Assembly: GCA_951406725.2 (NCBI GenBank)
Contig: OX597815.1
Location: 189,224,001-189,288,000, forward strand
Length of the DNA: 64,000 nt
DNA from: Octopus vulgaris
Lineage: Eukaryota
Direction: 5' to 3'
The translations under genes were made by a program, and so were the position numbers. Of this stretch, positions 1 to 11,965 are shown piece by piece; position 1 is the first letter of the stretch, and every line of letters starts with the position of its first letter. The notes under the pieces were generated by a model. The model ran no database searches. It saw nothing but the letters and a program-made list of their open reading frames with translations, and was not told where the DNA came from.

Positions 1-800
1 GGGAGACAATGGAGTTGCGCATAAAATAATCTAGTCCGGCTTTTACATTTCATGTCCTAATACATCTCCTGCTGTCGCTGTGTAGTCCTATCCTGGACAA
101 ACACTCCCTCTGGCAGGTGCCGCAAATGTAGCGAAGACTTTGACTGGCTGGTTGTAATGTCATACTTTCTTGTTGACGTCTTTTCTTGTCTTTCCATTTC
201 TCCTCTCCCTCTATGTCACTCCTTTATGTTCCCTCTTTTACGGTAAGTCGCCAATCTCTACGGTTGCTGGCAACTGCTTCCCAGTTGGTAATATTGATGT
301 TGCAGGTATTCATGTCCCTTTTGCAAACATCCTTGTATCGTATGAACGGTCTTCCCACAGACTTAGTGCCCCTAGCAAGCTCTCCGATGAGTATGTCCTT
401 GGGTATTCTGCCATCTTCCATACGGCTAACATGTCGAAGCCATCTCATAGATCTTTGTGTGAGGAGTGTAAACATGCTTGGTATTCCTGCTTGCTTGAGG
501 ACATCTTTGTTGGGGACATGATTCTGCCATTTGATGCAAAGGATTTTCCGGAGGCAGTGCAGGTGAAAGATATTTAAGCGACGTATGGCGTCGTATGGCG
601 TGTGTATGGCGTCCAAGTCTCACTTCCATACAGTAGAGTGCTAAGTACACATGCCTGGTAAATCTTGATTTTTGTGGTCTTGGTCAGCTTATTGTTGTCC
701 CATGCCCATTTGGAGAGTTGGGCCATCACAGCAGCTGCCTTGCCAATGCGTATATTGAGCTCAGTATCAAGGGATAGGTTGTAGGTGAAAAACTCCAGAA
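1..800 (-). mobile_element. RTE/BovB-clade LINE, 3' fragment (RT C-terminus, Cys/His tail, 3' UTR running off the window), frameshifted
   Basis: Minus-strand peptides KIYQACVLSTLLYGSETW, RRLNIFHLHCLRKILCIKWQ, RMEDGRIPKDILIGELARGTKSVGRP and terminal YICGTCQRECLSRIGLHS (stop at 50-52). A 10-bp tandem duplication near 580-612 breaks the frame. Confidence 0.93.
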
Positions 801-1026
801 AATCTTCGATATTCAAAAACTGAATACTCACCATGTAGTGCCTTAATGTTTTTTGCTGGATTTTACCTCGAGAAAGGAACCCCGAGGAAGGAGGGCTGAA
901 TTTAGAATACTTCGTACAACCACTTTTCTGAAACGGCTGCAGGTTGGGAAAAAAATTTTAATCGCCTCTTTCAATTTAGGTTTTTATTTTTCATGTTTAT
1001 ATTCGTATTTCATTGTTATGTTTATA

Positions 1027-1592
1027 TTGGGTTGTCCGGAAAGTTCGTTCTGATTTTTAAAGGAAAGTAAAAGTCACTAAATACTTGCCATTACATTTTT
1101 AATGAACCAAATCTGAACTATTTCGTTACACAATACGTCTCCATCTTTCCTTTAACTTGAAAATACCCTCTTCCCAGAATTGGGGTGGTTTCAAGGCAAA
1201 GAATTCGTCAAGGTATCTTTTTACGTCATCTAAGGAATTGAAATTTTTACCATTAAGACTTTTCTGCAGAGACCTGAATAAGTGGAAATCCGAAGGAGAA
1301 ATATCTGGGGAATATGTAGGGTGGGGGTAACACATCCCAGCCGAGCTGCAGCAATTTTTGTCTGGTTCCCAAAGCATCAAGTGCCGAAAATGAATTTTCT
1401 CATCTTTTATTTTAAAGGGTTACAGAATTAACACAGGTTATAGGAATATAAACCTTCTTCCACGAAAAGGTAGCTTAAACTGTGCTCTAAATAGAGGTGT
1501 AGTCAAATCCTATTTTATGGACTCAAACATTTTCTAAAATAAGTCGAAAGATAAGCTACTATAAATCGGCACGAACTTTCCGGACAACCCAA
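1027..1592 (-). mobile_element. Internally deleted mariner element with both TIRs
   Basis: TIRs TTGGGTTGTCCGGAAAGTTCGT / ACGAACTTTCCGGACAACCCAA flanked by TA. Peptide PHPTYSPDISPSDFHLFRSLQ...GIFKLKERWRRIV is a mariner transposase C-terminus. Confidence 0.95.
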
Positions 1593-1837
1593 TATTTCTA
1601 AATTTTTATCATGAAACTCTTAACATAAATATGTGTATATTCGTATGGAATATTACCTCATGTGCTACATCTGAATTTTCTTGTCTGAATGTTTTAAGAC
1701 AAATAGCCGAAATTCTTATCGTATACCGCATTTTATTAATACTTTGCTCATATATGGAGACAAAAATGTTGTACTATATACTGCAGTTTATCTCCATTAA
1801 CATTCCCGTATTATATACATTATATATATATAATATA

Positions 1838-2564
1838 CACACTGGCGAAAATAAATTTAAGACCGATGATAAAAGTTCTATTTCTTACAAAATATTGTTA
1901 CTAGTCCTTTGCCGATCTTTATATTGACCAGTCTCCGAGTATAACTTCCACGCTTGCACGCAAGCCGGTTTACTGCACTTTAGTTGCTTGCTGATGTTCG
2001 AAAAGGAAACTTTTTGCTGTAATATACGATTTTTGCTCTCGTGACTGGACTAAGACTACGTTGTTTTCCCATTATTAATAAATTGTATAATAACATTAAA
2101 TTATAACTTTATATGGTGCATTTAGGCTCGTTGTGTAACCACCCACTTTGGCCAAAAACATTGCATACATATTACATGGTCTTAAACTAATTTTGCCGGT
2201 AAATTTGAAACGTTTATATTACGTTCTGAGTTCAAATTCCGCCGAGGTCGACTTTGCCTTTCATCCTTTCGGGGTCGATAAATTAAGTAGCAGTTACGCA
2301 CTGGGGTCGATGTAATCGACTTAATCCGTTTGTCTGTCCTTGTTTGTCCTCTCTATGTTTAGCCCCTTGTGGGCAGTAAAGAAATATATATTAATTTAGC
2401 ATTAGAATTCTTCAAGTTGTATAAAAATTGTTTGCATCATTCGAAAGAGAAATAAATTTTGCATAAGGTGTAAAAGATATAAATAATTTGTATGGTGTTA
2501 GTAACAAAATATTTTGTAAGAAATAGAACTTTTATCGTCGGTCTTAAATATATTTTCGCAGGTG
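1838..2564. mobile_element. MITE with ~65-bp TIRs and TA flanks (Tc1/mariner-like), interrupted by a SINE
   Basis: GCGAAAATAAATTTAAGACCGATGATAAAAGTTCTATTTCTTACAAAATA at the left matches the reverse complement of about 2500-2564. Confidence 0.8.
2219..2387 (+). mobile_element. SINE family A, 5'-truncated copy
   Basis: B-box GAGTTCAAATTCC, central GCCTTTCATCCTTTCGGGGTCGATAAA domain (resembles the Meta-SINE domain, from memory), tail GCCCCTTGTGGGCAGTAAAGAAATA. About 20 copies in the window. Confidence 0.9.
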
Positions 2565-2572
2565 TATATATC

Positions 2573-3310
2573 TCAGGTCATCCCATAAGTTCTGTCCGAA
2601 TTTTGGATAAAGAATCCAAGTGATCAAATGTTATATTTAATTGAAAATTAATAATCAATGTACTTTCCCTAATTATCTATGACTTCCTTCCATCTTTTTA
2701 CAAGCTTTTTAATCCAATTAATGTAAAACTCTTTTAGTTTCAAAGCGAAGAACTCTGAAATGTCAGGTTCGACCTCCTCCTGGCTTGCGAAAGTTGTGTC
2801 CCCCTAATAATTCTGTAAACTATGAAACAAATGGTATCCTGAAGGAGTAAGGTCAGAAGAATAAATTGGATGAAGAAATTTTTCCAAACCGACCTCTTCG
2901 ATCTTCTGTGATGTGATCTTTGTAGTGTGGGGTTGCGCATTTTCCTGATGAAACATCACTCGTTTTCGACTCACTGAAGCGGCTCTTTTTTCCTTCAAGC
3001 TTGGTTCAAACGCTCTAATTGCTGACAGTAGACTTGAGCATTGATTGCTGCATTATGTGGTAACAATATAAAGTGAATTACGCCTTTGCAATCGCACCAA
3101 ATAGAGTAGAACCTTTTTCCCATGAAGTTCCCTTTTCGGTTGTGGTTGAGCATTTTCTCTTTTACCAAACCACTGCTTACGACGTTTAACATTTCGATAG
3201 AAAATCCATTTTTCATCACAGGTCTATCGAAAAAGGGTGAAATGAGTTTGCGAGAATGGAGAGAAGAGCAGATGTCAACTCGGGATTTGTGGTTACTTTT
3301 GAACAATACA
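2573..3310 (-). mobile_element. Mariner transposase fragment with one TIR, frameshifted
   Basis: Peptides IWCDCKGVIHFILLP, INAQVYCQQLERL, FHQENAQPHT, HPIYSSDLTPSGYHLFHSLQN. TIR-like TCAGGTCATCCCATAAGTTCTGTCCG at 2573. Confidence 0.92.
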
Positions 3311-3442
3311 TGGGCAGTAAAAAAATTTTTTAAATAATAATAATAATATATACATATACATGTTTTCTAAAACTTTTGTTTGCTAACCACACACACACAC
3401 ACACAAGCATTAATATATATAGATATTTTTATGTATGTATCT

Positions 3443-3473
<31 letters not shown>

Positions 3474-3545
3474 AGTTAACATAAATTGTTAGAAAAGATC
3501 ATTTTCAGAATAAAAGCAGTTTCTTCATTGAAATTAGGGTGTAAA

Positions 3546-3690
3546 AATTTAGAAGTTGTGTAATGGTTTTACACAATAAAAGAGATAAAAATCTCAAGAT
3601 TCATTGCAATTTGACATTGGTGAATCTTATCCTTCAATAACCAAAACTTTTTATGAAAGCTGTTGGCTTTGCAAAAACAATATTAACCCA
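3546..3690 (+). pseudogene. Penelope-like reverse transcriptase relic
   Basis: Allowing frameshifts, reads EVV*WFYTIKEIKISRFI(Q)FDIGESYPSITKT..MKAVGFAK, matching the FDIxxFYPSI RT motif context of Penelope-like elements. Confidence 0.65.
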
Positions 3691-4104
3691 TATATGTCCA
3701 CAGAAAAATTTCCCTGTATTTAGATTAAATGTTATGGTAGGCTTTCACAATCTGGAAGAGAAGAACGGTATGCAACTGTTAGGTACGGGTGTTGACTCCC
3801 TACTGAGCATTTTCTATGCTCAGTTTGATGCTTTCTGGCGAGTTCATGTCCAAATAAGTAGGAGCAGGTTTTGCATTGCGAAAGCACAACCAGGGGCATA
3901 TATATTGGTTAATGAGTTGAACATTGATATGATTATGAAATGAAGAAAATTCGTCCTACTTTTCAGCAGCAACAAATGGTCGAAGAAAAGAGATGCAACA
4001 AAAGAGACAAAGGCTATTCAACTCTGAAAGCAATACTCCAGCATGACCATAGTTGTGATGAGTAAAATAAATTAAAAAAGCACATATTCATATAAAAAGC
4101 GTCA

Positions 4105-4428
4105 CTCCATCTGTTGCAACAACAAAGATGGCTCCAGTTCATCCAATCAGCAGAAAAGCTCACTGGTGAAATTAACATGCAAGTGGCTGAGTATACCACA
4201 GTTACATGTGCAATTAACACAGTTCTCAGAGAGATTCAGCACAACACAGAATGTGACAAGGCTGGCCCCTTTTGAAATATAGGTACAATTCATTTCTGCC
4301 AGCGGATTGGACTTCAACAACATGAAATAAAGTGTCTTGCTCAAGGACACAATGTGTGACTGAGTATTGAACTCATGACATTACGATAATGAGCCAAATG
4401 TCCCTAACCAATCGGCCACATGCCTTCA
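4105..4428 (-). mobile_element. tRNA-derived SINE family B, degenerate
   Basis: Minus strand has A/B-box head (TGGCCGATTGG..GAGTTCAATAC), then GTGTCCTTGAGCAAGACACTT, then a tail shared with 30640-30790 and 40690-40870. Confidence 0.75.
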
Positions 4429-4435
4429 TATATAT

Positions 4436-4808
4436 TCTTTACTCTTTTATTCTTTGACTTGTTTCAGTCATTATGACTGTGGCCATGCTGGTGCACCACC
4501 TTTCATTGAATAAAAGCCTGGTACTTTGTAAGCCTAGTACTTATTCTATTGATTTCTTTTGCTGACCTGCTAAGTGACAGGAATGTAAACACACCGGCAT
4601 GGGTTGTCGAACAATGATGGGGGAGGGACAAACACAGACAAACAAATACATACATATATTTATATGCATACATATATGATGGGCTTCTTTCAGTTTCTGT
4701 CCGAGGCTAAAGTAGAAGACACTTACACAAGGTGCCATGTAGTGGGACTGAACCCAGAACCATGTGGTTGGGAAGCAAGCTTCTTACCACACAGCCATGC
4801 CTGCACCT
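4436..4808 (-). mobile_element. SINE family C (bipartite, internal microsatellite)
   Basis: Homologous to the full copies at 8144-8560 and 16947-17388. Confidence 0.85.
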
Positions 4809-4809
4809 A

Positions 4810-4885
4810 CACACACACACACATATATATATATATATGTGTATATGTATGTGTATATATATATGTGTATATATATATGTATGTA

Positions 4886-4966
<81 letters not shown>

Positions 4967-5009
4967 GTATATATATGTATATATATATGTATATATATAT
5001 ATATGTATA

Positions 5010-5091
<82 letters not shown>
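4810..5091. repeat. (TA)n/(TATG)n microsatellite
   Basis: Direct reading; source of the YI-repeat ORFs. Confidence 0.98.
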
Positions 5092-5598
5092 CTACAGGCA
5101 TCTTTCAGTTTCTGTCTACCAAATCTACTCACAGGCTTTGATTGGCCCAAGGCTATAGTAGAAGACACTTGACCAAGGTGCCATGCAGTAGGACTGAGCC
5201 TGGAAACACGTGGTTGGGAAGCAAGCTTCTTACACCACAGCCATGCCTGAACCTATATGTATATACATACACAGCCAAATACATGCATGCATATACATAC
5301 ATATATATATATACCACTTTATTCAAATGCTGAATTAATTATCGATTCATTATAAGCGTTAGTTTCATCATTTCTTCAGATCATACCAACATTAACAGAA
5401 TGAAGGTGGTTAATATTATTGCCTGAAGATCTGAGGAGACAGAGCAAACCTGGTGGTTGTAATATATTTAATAAATAATCAAACGTTTGAATAAGGTTAT
5501 TTGACTCTGTATATTTGTAATATATCCTTTAATAAATGTATTAAATATATGTATATATAAATACATACATATATATATAGATAAACTGACTTGGAAAC

Positions 5599-5664
5599 TA
5601 TAATAATAATAATAATGATAACAATAATTATAATAATAATAATAGTAATAATAATAATAATAAC

Positions 5665-5716
<52 letters not shown>
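5599..5716. repeat. (AAT)n microsatellite
   Basis: Direct reading. Confidence 0.98.
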
Positions 5717-5717
<1 letters not shown>

Positions 5718-6045
5718 GTGGCAATATTAGGTAAATATAGGATTATTTATTATTGTATAATATAGGACAATCAGTAAGTTGTCATTATAGTACTCGGAGT
5801 TTCGACATATATATATATATATATATATATATAGTAGAAATATGTTACAAAAAGAAAATATAAAATACACGTGGAAATGTAAGGGTAAAAATATGAAAAA
5901 TCAACGAAAATGCACATTGCAAATAAAAAAGGCTATTTATGACAGGTAGTGACAAATATATACATTTAGATGGACTGAGGTAGTAATAAGAGTCATAAAA
6001 GTCATTATTATGAGATGATTATAAGATGATAATAAAGTAAGAGAA

Positions 6046-6088
6046 CAAAGCGAACCATGGTTTCGGCAAAAAGCTATTCATCGCTTTG
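6046..6088 (-). ncRNA. Decayed type I hammerhead motif (core CUG deleted)
   Basis: Minus strand CAAAGCG-ATGA-ATAGCTTTTTGCC-GAAA-CCATGG-TT-CGCTTTG: perfect 7-bp helix I and palindromic helix III. Confidence 0.55.
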
Positions 6089-6358
6089 ATATATATATAT
6101 ATATATATATAAATTAATAATAATAATATTAGGGAATAAATCCAAACTTACAGGGAAAAATTAGATTTAGGATTAAATCCAATTTTATAGTATAAATAGA
6201 TTATATTATATTATATTAAATTAGAGATAAAACCACTATTAGGCAAATCAAACAGTGAAAAACATAACCCAATACATAAAATTAATTTAAAAATATAAAA
6301 GTTAAATTAAAAAATTATTTAAATAATTTAAACTTATATATTTTAAATATATATATAT

Positions 6359-6404
<46 letters not shown>

Positions 6405-7085
6405 ATTTTTATATTTATATATTATTTTATTTATTAATTTATTTATTTATTTAAAGAAATTTTTTTTTTTTATATAAATATATACACACACACACACACA
6501 TTTATATATATGATACAAAGCAATGGATTGATGAAACTGCTGTCTTCTTCAACATCATTTCATTCACTTATTGTTCTTGTACTATTTTCAGCAATGTCCA
6601 CCTGAATCCCTCAACATATCGATTTAAAAACTGTAACAGCCTCCTGCACCTGTCGAGTCAGCTTTAAATAAGTGTTTGCGTATTTGTCAGCAGATTCACA
6701 CAATACTATTTACAACCATTGTTTTTTACATTTGATTTGATATAAAGTTCATTTTGCAGCTGTGTTGTGTTTCATTTTCGGGAATATGAGACTCTGAGTA
6801 ACAGAAGCTGTAGGTACAACTCTATTCTTTTATTTTTTCATTCCTTTATTCTTTAACTCTATTATTCTTTTACTAATAATAATAATAATAATAATAATAA
6901 TGATAATAATAATAATAAGCGGACAACAAAAGAATGAGACTTCAATATTAGGTAAATAGAGGATTATTTATATTTGTATAATATAGGACAATCAGTAAGT
7001 TGTCATTATAGTACTCGGAGTTTCGACATATATATATATATATATTTCCTCTGTCTTCCCTTCTCTGGATCTTTCCTTCTCCTAT

Positions 7086-7120
7086 GTTTCCGACGAAGAG
7101 CTCCGCTCGAAACGTTAAAC
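7086..7120 (+). ncRNA. Minimal hammerhead-like motif (U4C variant)
   Basis: GTTT-CCGACGA-A-GAGC TCC GCTC-GAAA-CG-TT-AAAC. Confidence 0.55.
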
Positions 7121-7535
7121 CCTCCTTCTTTCCTGAGCATCCAATAATACTTTGGTATTTGACTGCAACCATGCTAGAGTGTTGCCTTGAAAGATTTTGG
7201 TAAAAAAAATCGACCCTAGGACTTATTTCTGAAGCCTAGTTGTCATTCTATCGGTCACTTGGGTTGAATAGCTTAGTTATGGAGACATAAACACACCAAA
7301 ATTGGTTGTCGAGTAGTGATGGGGGATAAACACAGACACAAAGACACACACAAATAGATATATACATATCATATATATATACAGGCGTAGGAGTGGCTGT
7401 GTGGTAAGTAGCTTGCTTACCAACCACATGGTTCCGGGTTCAGTCCCACTGCGTGGAACCTTGGGCAAGTGTCTTGAAAATAATAAAAAGGAATTTTGTT
7501 AAATCTTCGTTCAGCTCCATTTCTTCCTACACTAA

Positions 7536-7566
<31 letters not shown>

Positions 7567-8143
7567 CATACAATGCACACACACACACACGTATTCTTTT
7601 ATTCTTTTACTTGTTTCAGTCATTTGACTGCGTCCATGCTGGAGCACCACCTTAGTTGAACAAATCGACCCCAGGACTTATTCTTTGTAAGCCTAGTACT
7701 TATTCTATTGGTCTCTTTTGCCGAACACACCAACATCAATTGTGAAGCAACGGTGGGGGTGGGTACAAACACACACACACACACACACAAAAATGCACAA
7801 AAAAAATTAATAGAAACAGCAGGTTGCAATGTTTCACCAAAAAGGAAAATTATAATTGTCACTAAATGTGACAAGGGTGTTGAGAAACACCTACATTGCT
7901 AGAAATAAGAGCTAAAATGCCCTAATGCTGTACAATAACAAATATGAATTTCTGTGCATCTGTCCACATAGCTTCCTGCTTTCCCCACTATGGTCAACCC
8001 AACAAATGGCATATATTGGGAATCAGGGTAACCCTAGTAATGTTTCTCTGCTACTTTGTCCCACCAGCTTGTGGTACAAATTTAGGCCACCCAACAACCC
8101 ATTTAATGCTTACAACCAGCATAAAGCAAACTAAAAAATATAA

Positions 8144-8560
8144 CAGGTGCAGGAGTGGCTGTGTGGTAAGTAGCTTGTTTACCAACCACATGGTTCTGGG
8201 TTCAGTCCCACTGCGTGGCACCTTGGGCAACTGTCTTCTACTATAGCCTCGGGCCGACCAAAGCCTTGTGAGTGGATTTGGTAGACGGAAACTGAAAGAA
8301 GCCCGTCGTATATATGTATATATATATATATATATGCATGTGTGTGTTCGTGTGTCTGTGTTTGTCCCCCTAGCATTGCTTGACAACCGATGCTGGTGTG
8401 TTTATGTTCCCGTTACTTAGCGGTTCGGCGAAAGAGACCCATAGAATAAGTACTGGGCTTACAAAAGAATAAGTCCCGGTGTCGAGTTGCTCGATTAAAG
8501 GCGGTGCTCCAGCATGGCCGCAATCAAATGACTGAAACAAGTAAAAGAGAGAAAAAGAGA
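8144..8560 (+). mobile_element. SINE family C, full-length
   Basis: tRNA-like head AGGTGCAGGAGTGGCTGTGTGGTAAG..GGGTTCAGTCCC, ACCTTGGGCAA box, internal (TA)n(TG)n, 3' half ending GCATGGCCGCAATCAAATGACTGAAACAAGTAAAAGAG. Confidence 0.9.
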
Positions 8561-8984
8561 AAAATAGAAAGCAGATATATGGGGAAAGAGAGCAGACAAG
8601 TTGGATATTGCTTGTGGAATTATATTAAACCGATTTAGAACTTGGAAAAGAAGCAGAGAGAATAATTAACATTTTTAGAAGTCCTTTAACTTTTACATGT
8701 GGTTTGGCAGTAAAGCACTCTTCACGTTGGTTTGGGAGGATGTGTTGTTTCTGAGTAGCAATTTTGTTATTGATCAAATACTTTCCCTCCAGACAAAATC
8801 CATGGAACATGAAATGAAAGTTTCTTTGTATCGATTGTGGTCTCCGAGAAGAAAAAGTTCTTTTATAACATGAGCCAACTTAATTTTTCTTTCAGACAAT
8901 TTCAAAAGTCAAACTAAGAATTCAAAAATGTTGGTTGGGAAGTTAACTTCTTAACAATTGTGTCTGTGAAGCACCCCCTCTCTC

Positions 8985-9098
<114 letters not shown>

Positions 9099-9339
9099 TA
9101 TATTTATATTGAGCAAAGCACTTCATTCCATTTGACGTTGAATGTTCGAAACGAGGAGTAGATAGACAACTGACAACTGACGAAGGGTCCTTTCTCTGTG
9201 TTTACTTGTCCTGTTTTGCATTTTTTTCTCGTTGTTTACGTATTTTACTCGTTTGTTTATGCATTTCGTGTTATTTACACCACGTCCTGTACCCATGTAT
9301 GCATGTATATATATATATATATATTCACATATATGTATA

Positions 9340-9597
9340 TGCCGGTGGCACGTAGAAAGCACCATCCGATCGTGGCCATTGCCAGCCTGGCCTGGCCTCC
9401 GTGCCGGTGGCATGTAAAAAGCACCCACTACACTCATGGAGTGGTTGGCGTTAGGAAGGGCATCCAGCCGTAGAAACATTGCCAGATCAGACTGGGCCTG
9501 GTGCATCCTTCTGGCTTCCCAGACCCCAGTTGCCCCATCCAACCCATGCCAGCATGGAAAGCGGACGCTAAACGATGATGATGATGATGATGATGAT
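9340..9597 (+). mobile_element. SINE family D (internal ~58-bp tandem units, (GAT)n tail)
   Basis: GGTTGGCGTTAGGAAGGGCATCCAGCCGTAGAAAC..CCAACCCATGCCAGCATGGAAAGCGGACG followed by (GAT)n. Also near 22070, 25440, 47650, 49568, 52230, 53745 and 57345. Confidence 0.85.
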
Positions 9598-10572
9598 ATA
9601 TATCTCATGTGAGATATATATATAGATAGATAGATAAAACTTACTTGGAAATGGATGTGTGGCGTTCGATCATATAATAACAAAATAATATATAAACATA
9701 TGCATATATACAGACATATATGTACATACCTACATCTATATGTATATATACATGCATATATGGGTACAAGACATCAAAAAACGTTGAACATAATGAGAAA
9801 CGAAAACATAAACTCAAAAACATGGAAACAGACTTTTTTTCAAATAATGATAAAACAGATTACAAGACATACAACACAAGGAATATTCCCTTTCTTCAGT
9901 TGCCCCTATTTCGTTTACTCCACATTTCGAAGGTAAGGACAAGACGCAACTTCATTGAAACAGTCCTTCCCGCAAAGCAAATTAAATAAAATTTGGGGTT
10001 TTTTGTGGAGGGGTAAAAGTTGTAACAAGAACAGGACAGTAAAAACAATACAAATAGAAACAGTAAAAGGCAGGACAAGGAGAATAACATAGTAAAAACA
10101 AACGATGAGGGTTGTAAGCGAAGACGATGGAAAAATTATTTTGAATGCATTGAGAAGACAGCTTATGAGAAGGATAGGATAAGCCGTGTTGACATGTTGA
10201 AGATAGCAGTCGGAAAGATGGCTTCCCTCTGGTCATGTGTCAGTGACGAGAGGGAGGAAGAGGAGTAAGAGAGAGGGAACGGTGAAAGGGAGAGGAGAAG
10301 AATAGGGAAGGGTGGGAGAGAAAACCAGAAAAACCAGATTATGATGAGCACTCTTAACTTCTACTAATTCTCTTCTGTCTGTGCCTCTTCCTCCCTTGTT
10401 CTCTTGTTCTCCATCCTTTCTTGGCACCTGTGACGTCACAACTCATTTCTACAGTATTTCGAAATAAAGTGTCTTGCTCAAGAGCACAACATGCAGCCCA
10501 GTCTGGGAATTGAACTCACAACCTCATGATCGTAAGCTCGACACTCTAACCACTGAGCCATGTGCCTTCTCA

Positions 10573-10615
<43 letters not shown>

Positions 10616-10628
10616 ATATCTATCTATC

Positions 10629-10660
<32 letters not shown>

Positions 10661-11129
10661 TACATGTGTCTTGACAAGCAGGTAACGTTTGCAAATGATA
10701 TTTACTATTCCCTTCTCATTGTTTATTATATTCGTGAATAGAGGAGACATTCACAACATCTTTATTTATTCTTTATTTACAAAAATGATTCAATGTTTTG
10801 GCATCAGTTCCATAAGCAAAAACTTCCTTAAGTCGGAATTATTCAAGGTAAAGATAAACAACTTATAAGAAAATACTAAAAAAAAAAAATAGATAAAGGG
10901 AATATTTTCTTTCAAAAAAATGGTATCATTGAGTGCAAAAATATTTTTCTATATTTCTGTTTTGTAAGAATTTATACTATTTTCTAAATTTTCAAAACAT
11001 ATCAGATTTTTGCATGCAGGATAGACATTGCCAGGTTAATAAACAGTACGGAATTAATCAGTGTAAATTCTCATGGCTGTCGTTTGCTATTTGAATCACA
11101 ATTCTCACTTTTGAAGATGTTGTGCAGCT

Positions 11130-11545
11130 CATAATTATCATTATCCTCATCAGCATCATCGTCATCATCATCGTCATTTTCATCATCACCACCATCATAC
11201 TAGTTGTCGTCATCACCACCACTACCACCACTACCACCACTGCCATCATCATCATCATCATCGTTGTCATCGTCATCATCACCACCACTACCACCATCAT
11301 CATCATTGTCATCATCGTCATCATCATCAACATCATCATCATCTTCATCATCATCACCAACACCACCACCACCACCACCACCACCACCATCATCATCATT
11401 GTCGTTATCATCATCATTGTCATTATCATCTTCATCTTCACTATCTTCATCATCTTCATTATCTTCATCATCTTCATCATCACCCCCATCATCATCACCA
11501 CCACCACCACCATCATCATTGTCATCGTCATCATCATCTTCACCA
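11130..11545. repeat. Compound (ATC)n/(ACC)n trinucleotide repeat
   Basis: Direct reading; produces low-complexity ORFs in several frames. Confidence 0.95.
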
Positions 11546-11698
11546 CCCTCTCCTCCCCTTGCTTCTCCTCTGATGACAGTGATATTTTCATGCACCTACC
11601 AAGTGGTAACTAAATTACTGATTAAGTAGTGACATTGAATAATTCATTCAAATATATCTTAGTCAAAGGTAATTATTAGTAATATTAACATTACACTA

Positions 11699-11965
11699 AG
11701 GCACCGAGCTGGCAGAAACGTTAGCACGCTGGACGAAATGCGTAGCCATATTTCGTCTACCGTTACGTTCAGAGTTCAAATTCTGCCGAGGTCGACTTTG
11801 CCTTTCATCCTTTCGGGGTCGATTAAATAAGTACCAGTTACGCACTGGGGTCGATGTAATCAACTTAATACCTATGTCTGTCCTTGTTTGTCCCCTCTGT
11901 GTTTAGCCCCTTGTGAGTAGTAAAGAAATAGGTATTTCGCCTGTCTTTACATACTGAGTTCAAAA
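11699..11965 (+). mobile_element. SINE family A, full copy plus start of a second unit
   Basis: Head AAGGCACCGAGCTGGCAGAAACGTTAGC, tail AAAGAAATAGGTATTTCG junction. Confidence 0.9.

Noticed and set aside
170-577. Plus-strand 135-aa ORF
   Set aside because: Antisense shadow of the RTE ORF.
4604-5172. Long YI/CV/HT-rich ORFs here and at 33.3-34.0, 35.6-36.3, 45.0-45.6 and 48.3-49.0 kb
   Set aside because: Translations of stop-free dinucleotide microsatellites.
9140-9950. GAAA...CTGACGA / CTGAAGA in type II hammerhead order (9147-9188 plus, 9888-9935 minus)
   Set aside because: Helix I and the UH site could not be paired convincingly.
11058-11629. Poly-D/G, poly-S/P and poly-M ORFs
   Set aside because: Trinucleotide repeat open in several frames, with no flanking domain or splice support.
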